64,000 nucleotides of DNA from an uncultured Candidatus Saccharibacteria bacterium (GTDB lineage Bacteria > Patescibacteriota > Minisyncoccia > Phycocordibacterales > Zambryskibacteraceae), in the NCBI GenBank assembly GCA_964618905.1, contig CAZUDK010000003.1:9783-73782 (forward strand), in the 5' to 3' direction. Made by a program: the position numbers and the translations under genes. Below the pieces are notes generated by a model. It saw nothing but the letters and a program-made list of their open reading frames with translations, was not told the DNA's origin and did not search any database. The number at the start of each line of letters is the position of its first letter. Position 1 is the first letter of the stretch. This document shows, piece by piece, positions 49,514 through 58,042 of the stretch.

Positions 49514-50218
49514 TTAATATTTATTATAATACCACTCTGGGGTTTTGTACTCAGTAATATCTATAGAAGCTATTTCAACCTTATCTGCTTTTCTTAGCTG
49601 CGCCCGTTGGCTTCTGTTGAGAATTTTAACATGCGGAGACTCTTCAATCTTGTTTATCATATCTATGAGTTCCTCTTCTCCGGAGATCCAATTTAAAGGA
49701 CTCTGCGGGTCTTGTGATCTAAACTTTGAAAGATCAAAAAGCTTTGAGAAAGAACGCATAGTCTTTATGCCGTCCTCAAGAAAATATTCATGAAAATATG
49801 ACATCGCAAGTTCTCTGACGTCTCTGTAAACCGGCTCTCTATATCTGAGAACTGAATGATTGGTTTTGGAAATTGCTCCGAGAAATCCTTCCCTTTTAAA
49901 AACAACTACTACATGATCGTCATCTTCCTTAGGGTCAGCATTCAAATCAAGAAGCAGTGGCCTCTCTCCGGCAATCCACAGAGCTGCAGCTGCAACCAAT
50001 GCTCCTTCGAAACAATGAGCTTTGCCTGCTCTAAGAGAACGCCCCGCTGACATATAAGTCTCCGCTCCTTTTTCAAAATTAAACGGCATGGCATTTATAA
50101 AATCTTGGATTTTTTTAGGAGTATTGAGCTGCTTGAGAGTCTTCCACTCTTCCCTGCCCAATCCAGAAGATTTGAAGTCAAGCGGAGTTATTTTGAATGA
50201 TTCTGCCGAGCTTTTCAT
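49514..50218 (-). CDS. Conserved protein, probable transglutaminase/cysteine-protease-like fold
   Basis: TPKKIQDF, AHCFEGAL, DHV, GAISKTNH, YREPVY, SYFHEY. Confidence 0.75.
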   Translation of the reverse strand: MKSSAESFKITPLDFKSSGLGREEWKTLKQLNTPKKIQDFINAMPFNFEKGAETYMSAGRSLRAGKAHCFEGALVAAAALWIAGERPLLLDLNADPKEDDDHVVVVFKREGFLGAISKTNHSVLRYREPVYRDVRELAMSYFHEYFLEDGIKTMRSFSKLFDLSKFRSQDPQSPLNWISGEEELIDMINKIEESPHVKILNRSQRAQLRKADKVEIASIDITEYKTPEWYYNKY

Positions 50219-50285
50219 CCCGTACGAAATTTATGTTTGATAAAATTGCCGTAAGGAATATAACGTTTATTTCGTACGGGATTCA
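50214..50285. mobile_element. 64-bp MITE-like element with 13-bp perfect TIR and TTCA flanking duplication
   Basis: ttca[TCCCGTACGAAAT...ATTTCGTACGGGA]ttca. Confidence 0.65.
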
Positions 50286-50349
50286 TAGCTTAAAGTATAA
50301 CAAAACCTCGGCTAAAGCCGAGGTTAGGAAATATCCATGAAGTTTGAAT

Positions 50350-50868
50350 TTAAGCTGAATATTCTCTGATTTCTTCTGCATCATACATATCGAATATTTT
50401 TCGCGCACTCTCAGGATCATCTGTTTTTACACTTACCAGCACATCTCCGAGCTTAATTCGCTCTTCGTAAATCTTAGCTTCCTCTTTTGTGACACCAAGT
50501 CCTACAAGTGCGCCGACAAGACCTCCGGCAGCAGCTCCAGTCAGAGCACCAGCGGCTGTCGTGGCTACTCCGCCTGTAAGTCCGAGTGCTGTAGCCAGAG
50601 GACCTGCTACAAAGAGCGCTCCAAGTCCAGGCAATACACCAGCTGCGACTACAAGCCCTGCAATACCTCCTATAACTGCACCAGTTGTAGCGCCTGTGGC
50701 AGCGCCTTCACCAGCTTTGGTTCCGCTTTTGTCTTTTGTTATCACTTCTTCTTCAGAACTGTAAATGTAAGAAATATCACTCTCTTTTATACCCATATCA
50801 CGCAGATCGTTGATTGCAGATTCAGCACTACTTCTGTCTCCAAATATTCCTATTATAGTTTTTTCCAT
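50350..50868 (-). CDS. General stress protein (Gly/Ala-rich glycine-zipper membrane protein)
   Basis: AESAINDL, GA.TGA..GG..G, PGLG...AGP, LG....EA..YE..I..G. Confidence 0.8.
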   Translation of the reverse strand: MEKTIIGIFGDRSSAESAINDLRDMGIKESDISYIYSSEEEVITKDKSGTKAGEGAATGATTGAVIGGIAGLVVAAGVLPGLGALFVAGPLATALGLTGGVATTAAGALTGAAAGGLVGALVGLGVTKEEAKIYEERIKLGDVLVSVKTDDPESARKIFDMYDAEEIREYSA

Positions 50869-50913
50869 ATTTTTTATTTAAAATTAATAAATCAACTTTC
50901 GCCAAGTGGTTTA

Positions 50914-50938
50914 GACGCACCTATATAGAGAAAGTTAC
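50914..50938 (-). promoter_or_regulatory. Putative ECF-sigma promoter GTAAC-N16-CGTC
   Basis: ACGTAAC-N16-CGTCTAA upstream of general stress gene. Confidence 0.65.
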
Positions 50939-50972
50939 GTACTTGATCATCAAAGCAAAAAGCAGGACCTTA

Positions 50973-51233
50973 TCATAAGTCCTGCTTTGTGCACTTTTCC
51001 GCGCATCCTACCATCTTCCTAAAGTTCTCGACGCCGTCCGCCGAAAGTCTCAATTTAACCGGCTCAGGAGTTACAACAACAAAGCCAGCACTGATGAGTT
51101 CTTGAAGCGCCATCTGAAATGCATACTTGTCTTTGCATTTCTCATCAACTGCGGCCAGCAATACTCCATGGCATTCTTGACCGCCTCTTTTTTGGAGCTC
51201 TGACACAAGGAGAGTACACCTGTTGATATCCAT
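50973..51233 (-). CDS. Hypothetical protein, possibly winged-helix-like
   Basis: LQELISAGFV..LRLSADG pattern; 86 aa. Confidence 0.5.
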   Translation of the reverse strand: MDINRCTLLVSELQKRGGQECHGVLLAAVDEKCKDKYAFQMALQELISAGFVVVTPEPVKLRLSADGVENFRKMVGCAEKCTKQDL

Positions 51234-51362
51234 TTAAGCCTCACTGGGCTCGAGTCAAAGGAAAGTACCTTCTGGGCTTTTATCTTATCACAGCCTTATA
51301 TGGATTCGAAATTATATAGTCATCCATAAGCTTAAGAGCACTATTTTTAGCCATATTTCAAA

Positions 51363-51387
51363 GTAAGAAATGTTTAAGAGCTTCGTT
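51363..51387 (+). promoter_or_regulatory. Putative ECF-sigma promoter GTAAG-N16-CGTT
   Basis: Upstream of LPTTG protein. Confidence 0.65.
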
Positions 51388-51478
51388 ATTAGCTGCACGG
51401 ATACAGAGTATCCGCGATTAATAATATTTTCTTGGAAAGACTCTGTTCTGGCATTAAAAGTATTAATAAATTAATAAC

Positions 51479-52168
51479 ATGATAATTAAAAAATTCCTGG
51501 CAATCCCTGCAGCTCTGGCACTTGTGGCATTTATGGGCTTCGGCACCGCACATGCCCAAGTCTCACCCAGGGTAGCCATTCAGCTTCTTAATTCTGGACT
51601 GACAAGTCCTATAAGAGCTTCGGATGAAGATGCTGTTGTGGCTCGATTGGTACTCGATACCACCGGCTCTTCTGAAGCAGTTCGCATAAGCTCTCTTCCA
51701 TTCATACTATCCACCGGCAATGGTGCACAGGCTTCTAACCTGAATAACTGCCGCGTATTCAATGAGAATAATATGGATGATGAGTTAAATTCGGGCAGAA
51801 GCCTCAACAACGGACTTAACACTATCTCACTCGATTCGCAGCTCACATTGCAGGCCGGCACAGTCACTACTCTGTCGCTTCTCTGCGATGTTGATGAAGA
51901 CCTGGAAGCTGGGGGAACATTCACCTTCAGCATGAACACTGCTAATCTATCTGCAGTAGGTGTCACCACTGGATTGCCTGCAGTTGTCACTGTACGCGGA
52001 GCTACAAATCCTCCAGTCGTAGTGCCTCCTCCTACTAACATCCCAGGCTTGCCAACTACTGGTGCCGGAGGTGAAGCAGCGGGGAACATTGTATTCATTC
52101 TTGGTTCTCTAGTTGCAGCCGGATTGGGACTAACCCTTATGAGAAAAGGAAATTCCGAAAGAGCATAA
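51479..52168 (+). CDS. Secreted protein with C-terminal LPTTG sorting signal
   Basis: Signal peptide AHA-Q; Pro-rich linker, PGLPTTGA, TM, basic tail MRK. Confidence 0.85.
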   Translation: MIIKKFLAIPAALALVAFMGFGTAHAQVSPRVAIQLLNSGLTSPIRASDEDAVVARLVLDTTGSSEAVRISSLPFILSTGNGAQASNLNNCRVFNENNMDDELNSGRSLNNGLNTISLDSQLTLQAGTVTTLSLLCDVDEDLEAGGTFTFSMNTANLSAVGVTTGLPAVVTVRGATNPPVVVPPPTNIPGLPTTGAGGEAAGNIVFILGSLVAAGLGLTLMRKGNSERA

Positions 52169-52191
52169 TACTCTTATGGAAACCAGACGAG

Positions 52192-52229
52192 TAATGGATG
52201 CTCTTCTAAGAGCATCCATTATTTGTTTT
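52192..52229 (+). terminator. Hairpin/terminator between LPTTG gene and sortase
   Basis: TAATGGATGCTCTT-CT-AAGAGCATCCATTA then TTTGTTTT. Confidence 0.65.
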
Positions 52230-52242
52230 AATCACTCTTACA

Positions 52243-52884
52243 ATGGCAACCACTAAACAAAGAAAAATAGCAGGAATAATAATTTTCTCTGTTGCGTCTT
52301 TCCTGGCCATTTATACTGCCGCAAGAGCCTTGTACTTTTACCCTAGCAACGAAGCTGTTGAAATAGACAAGTCGAATACTGCTTTAGTTAGAGCGCAGGC
52401 GGTGTTCAACGAAATCGAGGAAGAGAGCCCGCAGTCATTGCCCGCACGGCTTGAGATACCCGCTTTAGGCATAAACGCAGAGGTTCAGCATCTAGGAGTC
52501 ACTAAAAGCGGCTTAATGGCCGCTCCTGGAAACTTCACTGACGTAAGCTGGTTCAAGCTCGGTACAGTACCGGGTGCGATTGGTAGCGCTGTCATGGCCG
52601 GCCATGAAGACAATGCCATAAGCCTTGATGGTGTCTTCAAACATTTAGACCAGCTTGAAATAGGAGACGAAGTGCTAGTACATAGAGAAGATGGCAAGAT
52701 TTTGCGCTTCGAGGTTATTAAAAAAGAGATCCAGCCTTATGACTTATCCGGAAAAGTTCTTAACGAAATATTTACCCGCAATGACGGTAGATACTTGAAT
52801 CTAATAACATGCGCAGGTACCTGGCTGCAGGAAGCAAAAACGAACAACAAAAGACTAGTTGTTTACACTAAACTGATTCCTTAA
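52243..52884 (+). CDS. Class F sortase
   Basis: N-terminal TM, P.RLEIPALG, PG..GSAVMAGH, LNLITC, KRLVV (His-Cys-Arg triad). Confidence 0.9.
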   Translation: MATTKQRKIAGIIIFSVASFLAIYTAARALYFYPSNEAVEIDKSNTALVRAQAVFNEIEEESPQSLPARLEIPALGINAEVQHLGVTKSGLMAAPGNFTDVSWFKLGTVPGAIGSAVMAGHEDNAISLDGVFKHLDQLEIGDEVLVHREDGKILRFEVIKKEIQPYDLSGKVLNEIFTRNDGRYLNLITCAGTWLQEAKTNNKRLVVYTKLIP

Positions 52885-52912
52885 GCTCCAGAATACCGCT
52901 CGTTCATCAATA

Positions 52913-52944
52913 TAAAAGCACCCGCCACGTGTGGCGGGTGCTTT
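52913..52944. terminator. Bidirectional terminator
   Basis: TAAAAGCACCCGCCAC-GT-GTGGCGGGTGCTTTA. Confidence 0.8.
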
Positions 52945-52962
52945 ACTGCATTGCACACCATA

Positions 52963-53505
52963 TCATCTGACAGGTATCTCCCTCCAACTAGAGAGAACCT
53001 TCAGTTCCATGGGACGCAGGAGTTCTTCTTGGTGAGGTCCGTACCAAGCCTGTCCATAGACCTTCTTACCTTCCAAAGCCAGAGGTAACCAGAAGCGGTC
53101 AGCGGGCATCATCTGGTCGAATGGTAAGTTTGAAATCTCAAACCATTCAGGTTTTCCCATCTCCGGGGTAGCCTCTGGTACTCCAGTCCACTGATAAGTT
53201 ATGAATGAATGTACTCTACAGGTGAAGGTGCTGCCATCTGCCTTGGTATTATGGAAGTCCACAACGGCGATGCGCTCCAAGCAAGAGATCAGAGTAGTAA
53301 CACCATTGGACTCTTCCTGAAGCTCGCGTACTGCTGCCACCTCGATACTTTCTCCGTTTTCAGGTCCTCCTCCGTAACCATTGCGTTTGCCGGCTCCTAT
53401 TTTTAAGTTCTTTACCGGTAGGCAGATCTGGCCTCCGTGCAACCTTCTCTTCAGAAAGCAGAGGGTGCCGAGAAGTAAGGTTTTTTCTTCAATCAAATTT
53501 TCCAT
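52963..53505 (-). CDS. NUDIX hydrolase (MTH1/8-oxo-dGTPase-like)
   Basis: NGYGG..E.GE....AAVRELQEE Nudix box; EM, LPFDQM.PAD..WLP. Confidence 0.85.
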   Translation of the reverse strand: MENLIEEKTLLLGTLCFLKRRLHGGQICLPVKNLKIGAGKRNGYGGGPENGESIEVAAVRELQEESNGVTTLISCLERIAVVDFHNTKADGSTFTCRVHSFITYQWTGVPEATPEMGKPEWFEISNLPFDQMMPADRFWLPLALEGKKVYGQAWYGPHQEELLRPMELKVLSSWREIPVR

Positions 53506-53555
53506 ATGGAATCCTTTTGTGAAGTTTGTCTGACCAGATTATACCAAAAAGCGGC

Positions 53556-53801
53556 TTAAGCCGCTTTTTTCTCTTCTGCTTCCCTGTCTCTGGCTTCAGC
53601 CTCCTCTCTAGCTATATTAGCCAGTTGGCCGTTGATATCGCGAATCTTAGCTTCCACTTTCTCTACTTCTGATTTCTTGCTCTCTGCTTCCTGCTCTTCT
53701 CTGGCTAATTCTGATTTTCTCCTCTCCAGATTACGCTCCTCTTCTCTGAGGCTAGATTCTAATCTGTCTTTTTCTCGTCTTATTTCATTTAAGTCTCTCA
53801 T
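53556..53801 (-). CDS. Small highly charged coiled-coil protein
   Basis: 81 aa rich in E/R/K; 16 bp downstream of ClpP-like gene. Confidence 0.65.
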   Translation of the reverse strand: MRDLNEIRREKDRLESSLREEERNLERRKSELAREEQEAESKKSEVEKVEAKIRDINGQLANIAREEAEARDREAEEKKAA

Positions 53802-53817
53802 ACATCAATTCTATTAC

Positions 53818-54399
53818 TTAGATCACCTTATGTGCAAGGCCCATTTTGACGGCTTCATCTGCTGTTAAAATAGTATTCTTAGCCATCATATCCAGGATCC
53901 TCTTGGTGGAATACTTGCCGCCGGTGGCGTCGGAAACAACACAAGCATATTGGTAGTCTTTCAATTTATCTTCTTTCAACATAGCTTCAAGGTCTGCGGA
54001 AGAAAAACGCTTATCCTTGTCAAAAGTTCGTCCAGCAAGGTGAAAAAGGATAGTTGTATTCTTAGTCATATATCTTTTCTTGCCGGCAAGAAAAATTATC
54101 ACACCTGAAGAATCCACATCTCCCGAGCCTATAGTCACAAGATTGGCATTCAGCCAGCCATTAATAGCATCAAAAAAGCTCATTCCTATGCCGGTTGCAC
54201 CACCGTAAGAATTAACAAGAAGATGTATCTCTTTCTTTGGATCTTCAATAAGCAGTTCCTTTATTGTTTTTAAAGTTTTTTGCAGATTATCGTAATTTAC
54301 TCCACCGAACCACTCGAGGGTACGTTCTGGAATGGCAGTAAATATATTTTCTTGCTTTTTAAGTTTTGAGACTGTTGTAGTATTTTTCTTTATTTCCAT
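53818..54399 (-). CDS. ClpP-family protease-like protein
   Basis: VNSYGG, VDSSG, LAGKKRY, FH, LTADEAVKMGL. Confidence 0.82.
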   Translation of the reverse strand: MEIKKNTTTVSKLKKQENIFTAIPERTLEWFGGVNYDNLQKTLKTIKELLIEDPKKEIHLLVNSYGGATGIGMSFFDAINGWLNANLVTIGSGDVDSSGVIIFLAGKKRYMTKNTTILFHLAGRTFDKDKRFSSADLEAMLKEDKLKDYQYACVVSDATGGKYSTKRILDMMAKNTILTADEAVKMGLAHKVI

Positions 54400-54594
54400 T
54401 ATTCCTGCTATTTATTACTACCGATATTATAAGTTTGAGAGTCTCTGATGCAAGCAGAACAGCTGAAGAAATATTCAAAAAAAGTCTAGCAACATAAGAA
54501 AACCCTCCGATACTCATAATATCTAGAGGGTTTTCTGGTTAAATGCTTCATGACGCATTTAACTATTTAGCCTTGGCTAATCATTTTAGAAAGC

Positions 54595-54789
54595 TTATTG
54601 GTTATCTTTTTTACCCTGTCGGCTCTGTCCGCCCTTTCGGCCGGCTTCTCGTCCGCTCTCAGAGTCAAATTCATGGGCAGTACCCTTTTCATGAGCGGCC
54701 TTGCCGCCCATTGAAGCGATTTCTTTCTGCCTGTCTTCATCCATACCCGCGAAACCTCGTCCGCGGTTATTATCATTATTTTTCGCCAT
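54595..54789 (-). CDS. KGG-repeat general stress protein
   Basis: RGFAGMD..RQKEIASMGG, AHEF, REAGRKGG. Confidence 0.9.
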   Translation of the reverse strand: MAKNNDNNRGRGFAGMDEDRQKEIASMGGKAAHEKGTAHEFDSESGREAGRKGGQSRQGKKDNQ

Positions 54790-54892
54790 AATATTGTTAT
54801 TTTCCAGCTATAAATAGAAATAATGCGATAATTCCCTTCTTTTTATTGTGAATTATCTTTGGCTATTAATATCGACCTTTACATTGTTATTT

Positions 54893-54917
54893 GACGACAG
54901 ACAATAACTCCTCTTAC
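54893..54917 (-). promoter_or_regulatory. Putative ECF-sigma promoter GTAAG-N16-CGTC
   Basis: ACGTAAG-N16-CGTCAAA upstream of KGG gene. Confidence 0.65.
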
Positions 54918-55161
54918 GTAGAATGTGTGGTTTAACTTTTAATCCGCTGGCTGCGCAGTTTTGCTATTTTCAATTTCTTTGATGAGGCTGCTATCCATAT
55001 TTTGAGCTTTATCCCACAGCAGTATTACTGCAATTGTTATAAGCAAAATTATGATTGATGTAACAAGAACAGAAATATTATCATTATTATCCATAACAAA
55101 ATCAGGCGTATTTATACGTCTGTAGACGAACCTGATTATTGAATATTACTTAGTGTCTGAG

Positions 55162-55734
55162 CTAAGACTGAGAAGAGATAGTCTGCACGATGCTGCCAAC
55201 GAGTGCATCAATGTCAAAACCTGCCTGTTCATCACGGCAAGCGCTAGCTTCCGGTTCACTGTAATTGCCGCACTGAACTCTGCGTAGGCTGAATGTCAAA
55301 ACAGCAATCCCTTCATCTCTCTCAAAAACATAAGCATACTGAGAATAAATGCTGCCCGCTGCACCTTCACTTACTTCTGTAGCGCAAAATCTCCTGCCTC
55401 CTATTGTTTTTTCTACTGTACCGCCTGCCCTATCTGTAGGCGTACCTGCTTCCGTGCAAGTATAAGGAGTGTTAAGAAGCTGAAGCTGAGGAGGCCAATC
55501 TATAGTACTTATATAAGTTGTGCCAAGGTCAGCAGGATACTGGAATGTTGTAGAGCCTGACTGATCAGAAGAAGTTTCCAATTCTATGTTTCCATTAGAT
55601 TCCATATTCTCTTCTTGACCATTGGTATCCCCCATATTTATAGACATATCAGATGAAGAATAGATCAGGTAGCCTAAGCCGGCGATGATGATGACCGCAA
55701 TGACTGCGATTATTATTTTCGTATTTTCTTTCAT
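55162..55734 (-). CDS. Membrane-anchored extracellular hypothetical protein with four Cys
   Basis: N-terminal TM; SEGAAGS.Y, QCGNY. Confidence 0.75.
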   Translation of the reverse strand: MKENTKIIIAVIAVIIIAGLGYLIYSSSDMSINMGDTNGQEENMESNGNIELETSSDQSGSTTFQYPADLGTTYISTIDWPPQLQLLNTPYTCTEAGTPTDRAGGTVEKTIGGRRFCATEVSEGAAGSIYSQYAYVFERDEGIAVLTFSLRRVQCGNYSEPEASACRDEQAGFDIDALVGSIVQTISSQS

Positions 55735-55797
55735 ATAGGATGTTAGACGTTTAAATTATTAATTCTTGACAAGCAAAAGTTATTTGCTTCTTGTTCT

Positions 55798-56238
55798 CTA
55801 TGCATCTTTGTCCTCATGAGAGAGCACAACAAGACCAGATGATACTAAGATAAGATTCTTAACTACAAATTCTCCCTGAAGATTAAGAACAGGAAAATGA
55901 GGATCGAACATCATATCCCATCCGAATACAAATACCGAAAATGTTCCGATAAGATGCAGAAAGAGCGCAACATGCGTAATGCTTACAAGCTTATTGGATA
56001 TAAGCAAGATGCCTATAGTGGCTTCAAAGATGCCGAGTACAGTAAACCATGGAGCCGTAGCTAAAAATGGTGCCATGGAATTAGCAATAAGATCATAGAC
56101 AGGGTTGTATCCGGCAATCTTAAGAGCTCCAAACCAAAGGAACACTATGCCAAGAGACAGGCGCAAGAAAGTTACAAAAGCGTGCCTGTGCTTTTTTGCG
56201 AAAACAAGCAGAAAGCTCTTTTTCATTTTCTTAGACAT
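55798..56238 (-). CDS. DoxX-family membrane protein
   Basis: LRLSLGIVFLWFGALK, LG.FE..IG, GEFVVKN. Confidence 0.82.
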   Translation of the reverse strand: MSKKMKKSFLLVFAKKHRHAFVTFLRLSLGIVFLWFGALKIAGYNPVYDLIANSMAPFLATAPWFTVLGIFEATIGILLISNKLVSITHVALFLHLIGTFSVFVFGWDMMFDPHFPVLNLQGEFVVKNLILVSSGLVVLSHEDKDA

Positions 56239-56287
56239 CTTCTACATTGTACAACAAAACAGCCGCAGCAAAAAACTCTGCGGCTGT

Positions 56288-57625
56288 TTATTTGGAGAGT
56301 TTTTTGCTTGTATTACTTCTGTGAGCCCTGTCATCTAGCTCTTTGAGAAGTTTTTTAAGCTTCTCTCCAGTCCACCTGACAGGATCTCCTCTATTTATTA
56401 CAGTCTGAGCTTTGTCCCAGAGATTATTCTCTTCGACATAGCGCAAAACCTCCAGCGGTCCGCCTTTTTTCAACAGCATGCCGAGAAGCTTATCAGAACC
56501 TGCGACATTTATATCGCCGAAATAAAACTGCAGGATATCTTCCCAGCCGGTAGTAATGAATCTGACAGATTCATGTACCAAATCCGAGAGAGTATACCAA
56601 TAAACTCTCTCGATTATGCTGTTTGATATCGACAGAGCTATATCAGCAAAGATTGCCACTTGGATTTCTTCGAGTTCTTCTTGAGGAATCTTTAGTTCAA
56701 GATCAACAGTAGTAAATCCTGCTTCTGTTATCCAGATCGGAATCACTCTGCCGGTAAACCCCTTTATTATCTCTTCGACTTCAAGAGCGCGTTCATTCCA
56801 GGACGGATGCTTGGTTTTGTCGCTCCAAGTGCCACGCAAACCGTGCAAGCCTATGATATCAACATGATCAAAGAGGCCAAGATCTCCAACTTTCTGAAAC
56901 CAACCTTTGTCGGTCTTGCTCGGGCCGCCGAGCAAAACCTTTTTGTTTCGCTTTCGAACTTTCTCCGAAGCCTGTTTGAACATCTCGACGTACAACTTGT
57001 AATCCGGATCAAGCATCGGCAGCCAATCAGTATCGATATTCGGCTCGTTCCAAAGCTCTATCACATCCTCCACATACTTGCCGTATTCCTCTATGAATCT
57101 ATCTACAAATTCGGCGAAAGCAGAGAGTGGAAAAGGCGGGATGTTGGTGTTCGGCGTGAGCCTCTCGAGATGTTCCAGATGTTCTCTGTCCCACAGCGTT
57201 CTCTCCTTCTCAAATTTAAGACGAGCTTCCGCAAAACGCCAAGGGGTATAGTTGAGATTCGGCACTACCGAGAAGCCTGCATCAAAGAACTTCTTAAGAT
57301 ACCATTCTATCCATACCGGGCCGCCGGATATTTCCCATTCAGCCCACGAGACACCGAGCCGAACTCTCTCGATGCGGCGGATTTTCAAAGCATCAATAAG
57401 TTCGTCTACTTCTTGCTTGATCTTCAGAATTTCTTTCTTTTGATCTTGAAGATCGCCCTCCCCTTCAGAATCCAAATCAAGGAAATCTTTTAAATTCGGA
57501 TTAACCATATATTCATATGGCAATTTCATCCAAATAAGATATCCTAAATTTTGCTCTATTTTTCTAAGTTGGGCGGGTGACAAAGACTTGCCTCTATATG
57601 TCAGAGTATCCATATTTTCTCTCAT
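56288..57625 (-). CDS. Clan GH-A glycoside hydrolase (GH39/GH5-like)
   Basis: VRLGVSW, ELWNEPN (acid/base), LGGP, HG, IWITEAG (nucleophile), YWY. Confidence 0.78.
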   Translation of the reverse strand: MRENMDTLTYRGKSLSPAQLRKIEQNLGYLIWMKLPYEYMVNPNLKDFLDLDSEGEGDLQDQKKEILKIKQEVDELIDALKIRRIERVRLGVSWAEWEISGGPVWIEWYLKKFFDAGFSVVPNLNYTPWRFAEARLKFEKERTLWDREHLEHLERLTPNTNIPPFPLSAFAEFVDRFIEEYGKYVEDVIELWNEPNIDTDWLPMLDPDYKLYVEMFKQASEKVRKRNKKVLLGGPSKTDKGWFQKVGDLGLFDHVDIIGLHGLRGTWSDKTKHPSWNERALEVEEIIKGFTGRVIPIWITEAGFTTVDLELKIPQEELEEIQVAIFADIALSISNSIIERVYWYTLSDLVHESVRFITTGWEDILQFYFGDINVAGSDKLLGMLLKKGGPLEVLRYVEENNLWDKAQTVINRGDPVRWTGEKLKKLLKELDDRAHRSNTSKKLSK

Positions 57626-57690
57626 TCAAGCGTTCAAAATAAAAGAACTCTTCTTATTTTTCAGACGTACTTCACTGGTTAATACAACGA

Positions 57691-57972
57691 CTACTGACGC
57701 TCGACAAATTTAAAAAATCGGCTTTCACCTCCGGAAGCGACTTCTTCCTGATAAAGAAAATCCAAATTGTTTTCATCAAATATTCTGAAAAACTCATCCC
57801 AAGAAATTTCTTCCAAACTCTCATCTCCATCCGCAAAATCTACCCTAAGTAGAGCGCTGTCGCCTGATTCCGTACCTATTACTATGGCTGGCCTGCCTCC
57901 TCTCTCTTCAATCCATTCCCTTATTTGAGCATGATCATGAGTGCGTTTTGATGTATGGTCGGTATTTTCCAT
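57691..57972 (-). CDS. Conserved small acidic protein
   Basis: T.DH..IREW.EERGG.PA, LRVDF, ISWDEFF..F, FLYQ. Confidence 0.8.
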   Translation of the reverse strand: MENTDHTSKRTHDHAQIREWIEERGGRPAIVIGTESGDSALLRVDFADGDESLEEISWDEFFRIFDENNLDFLYQEEVASGGESRFFKFVERQ

Positions 57973-57981
57973 TAATCTATA

Positions 57982-58006
57982 AACGACATGCTTCTAAGTT
58001 CCTTTC
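57982..58006 (-). promoter_or_regulatory. Putative ECF-sigma promoter GAAAG-N16-CGTT
   Basis: 9 bp upstream of ATG 57972. Confidence 0.65.
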
Positions 58007-58042
58007 AGATCAAATGCCCTCCTGACCGGGAGGGCATTTGGG

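Noticed and set aside
57661-57690. ECF-like promoter for the glycoside hydrolase
   Set aside because: CGTC is present but no GWAAS at 16 bp; not counted, and the gene is more likely co-transcribed from the 57982 site.
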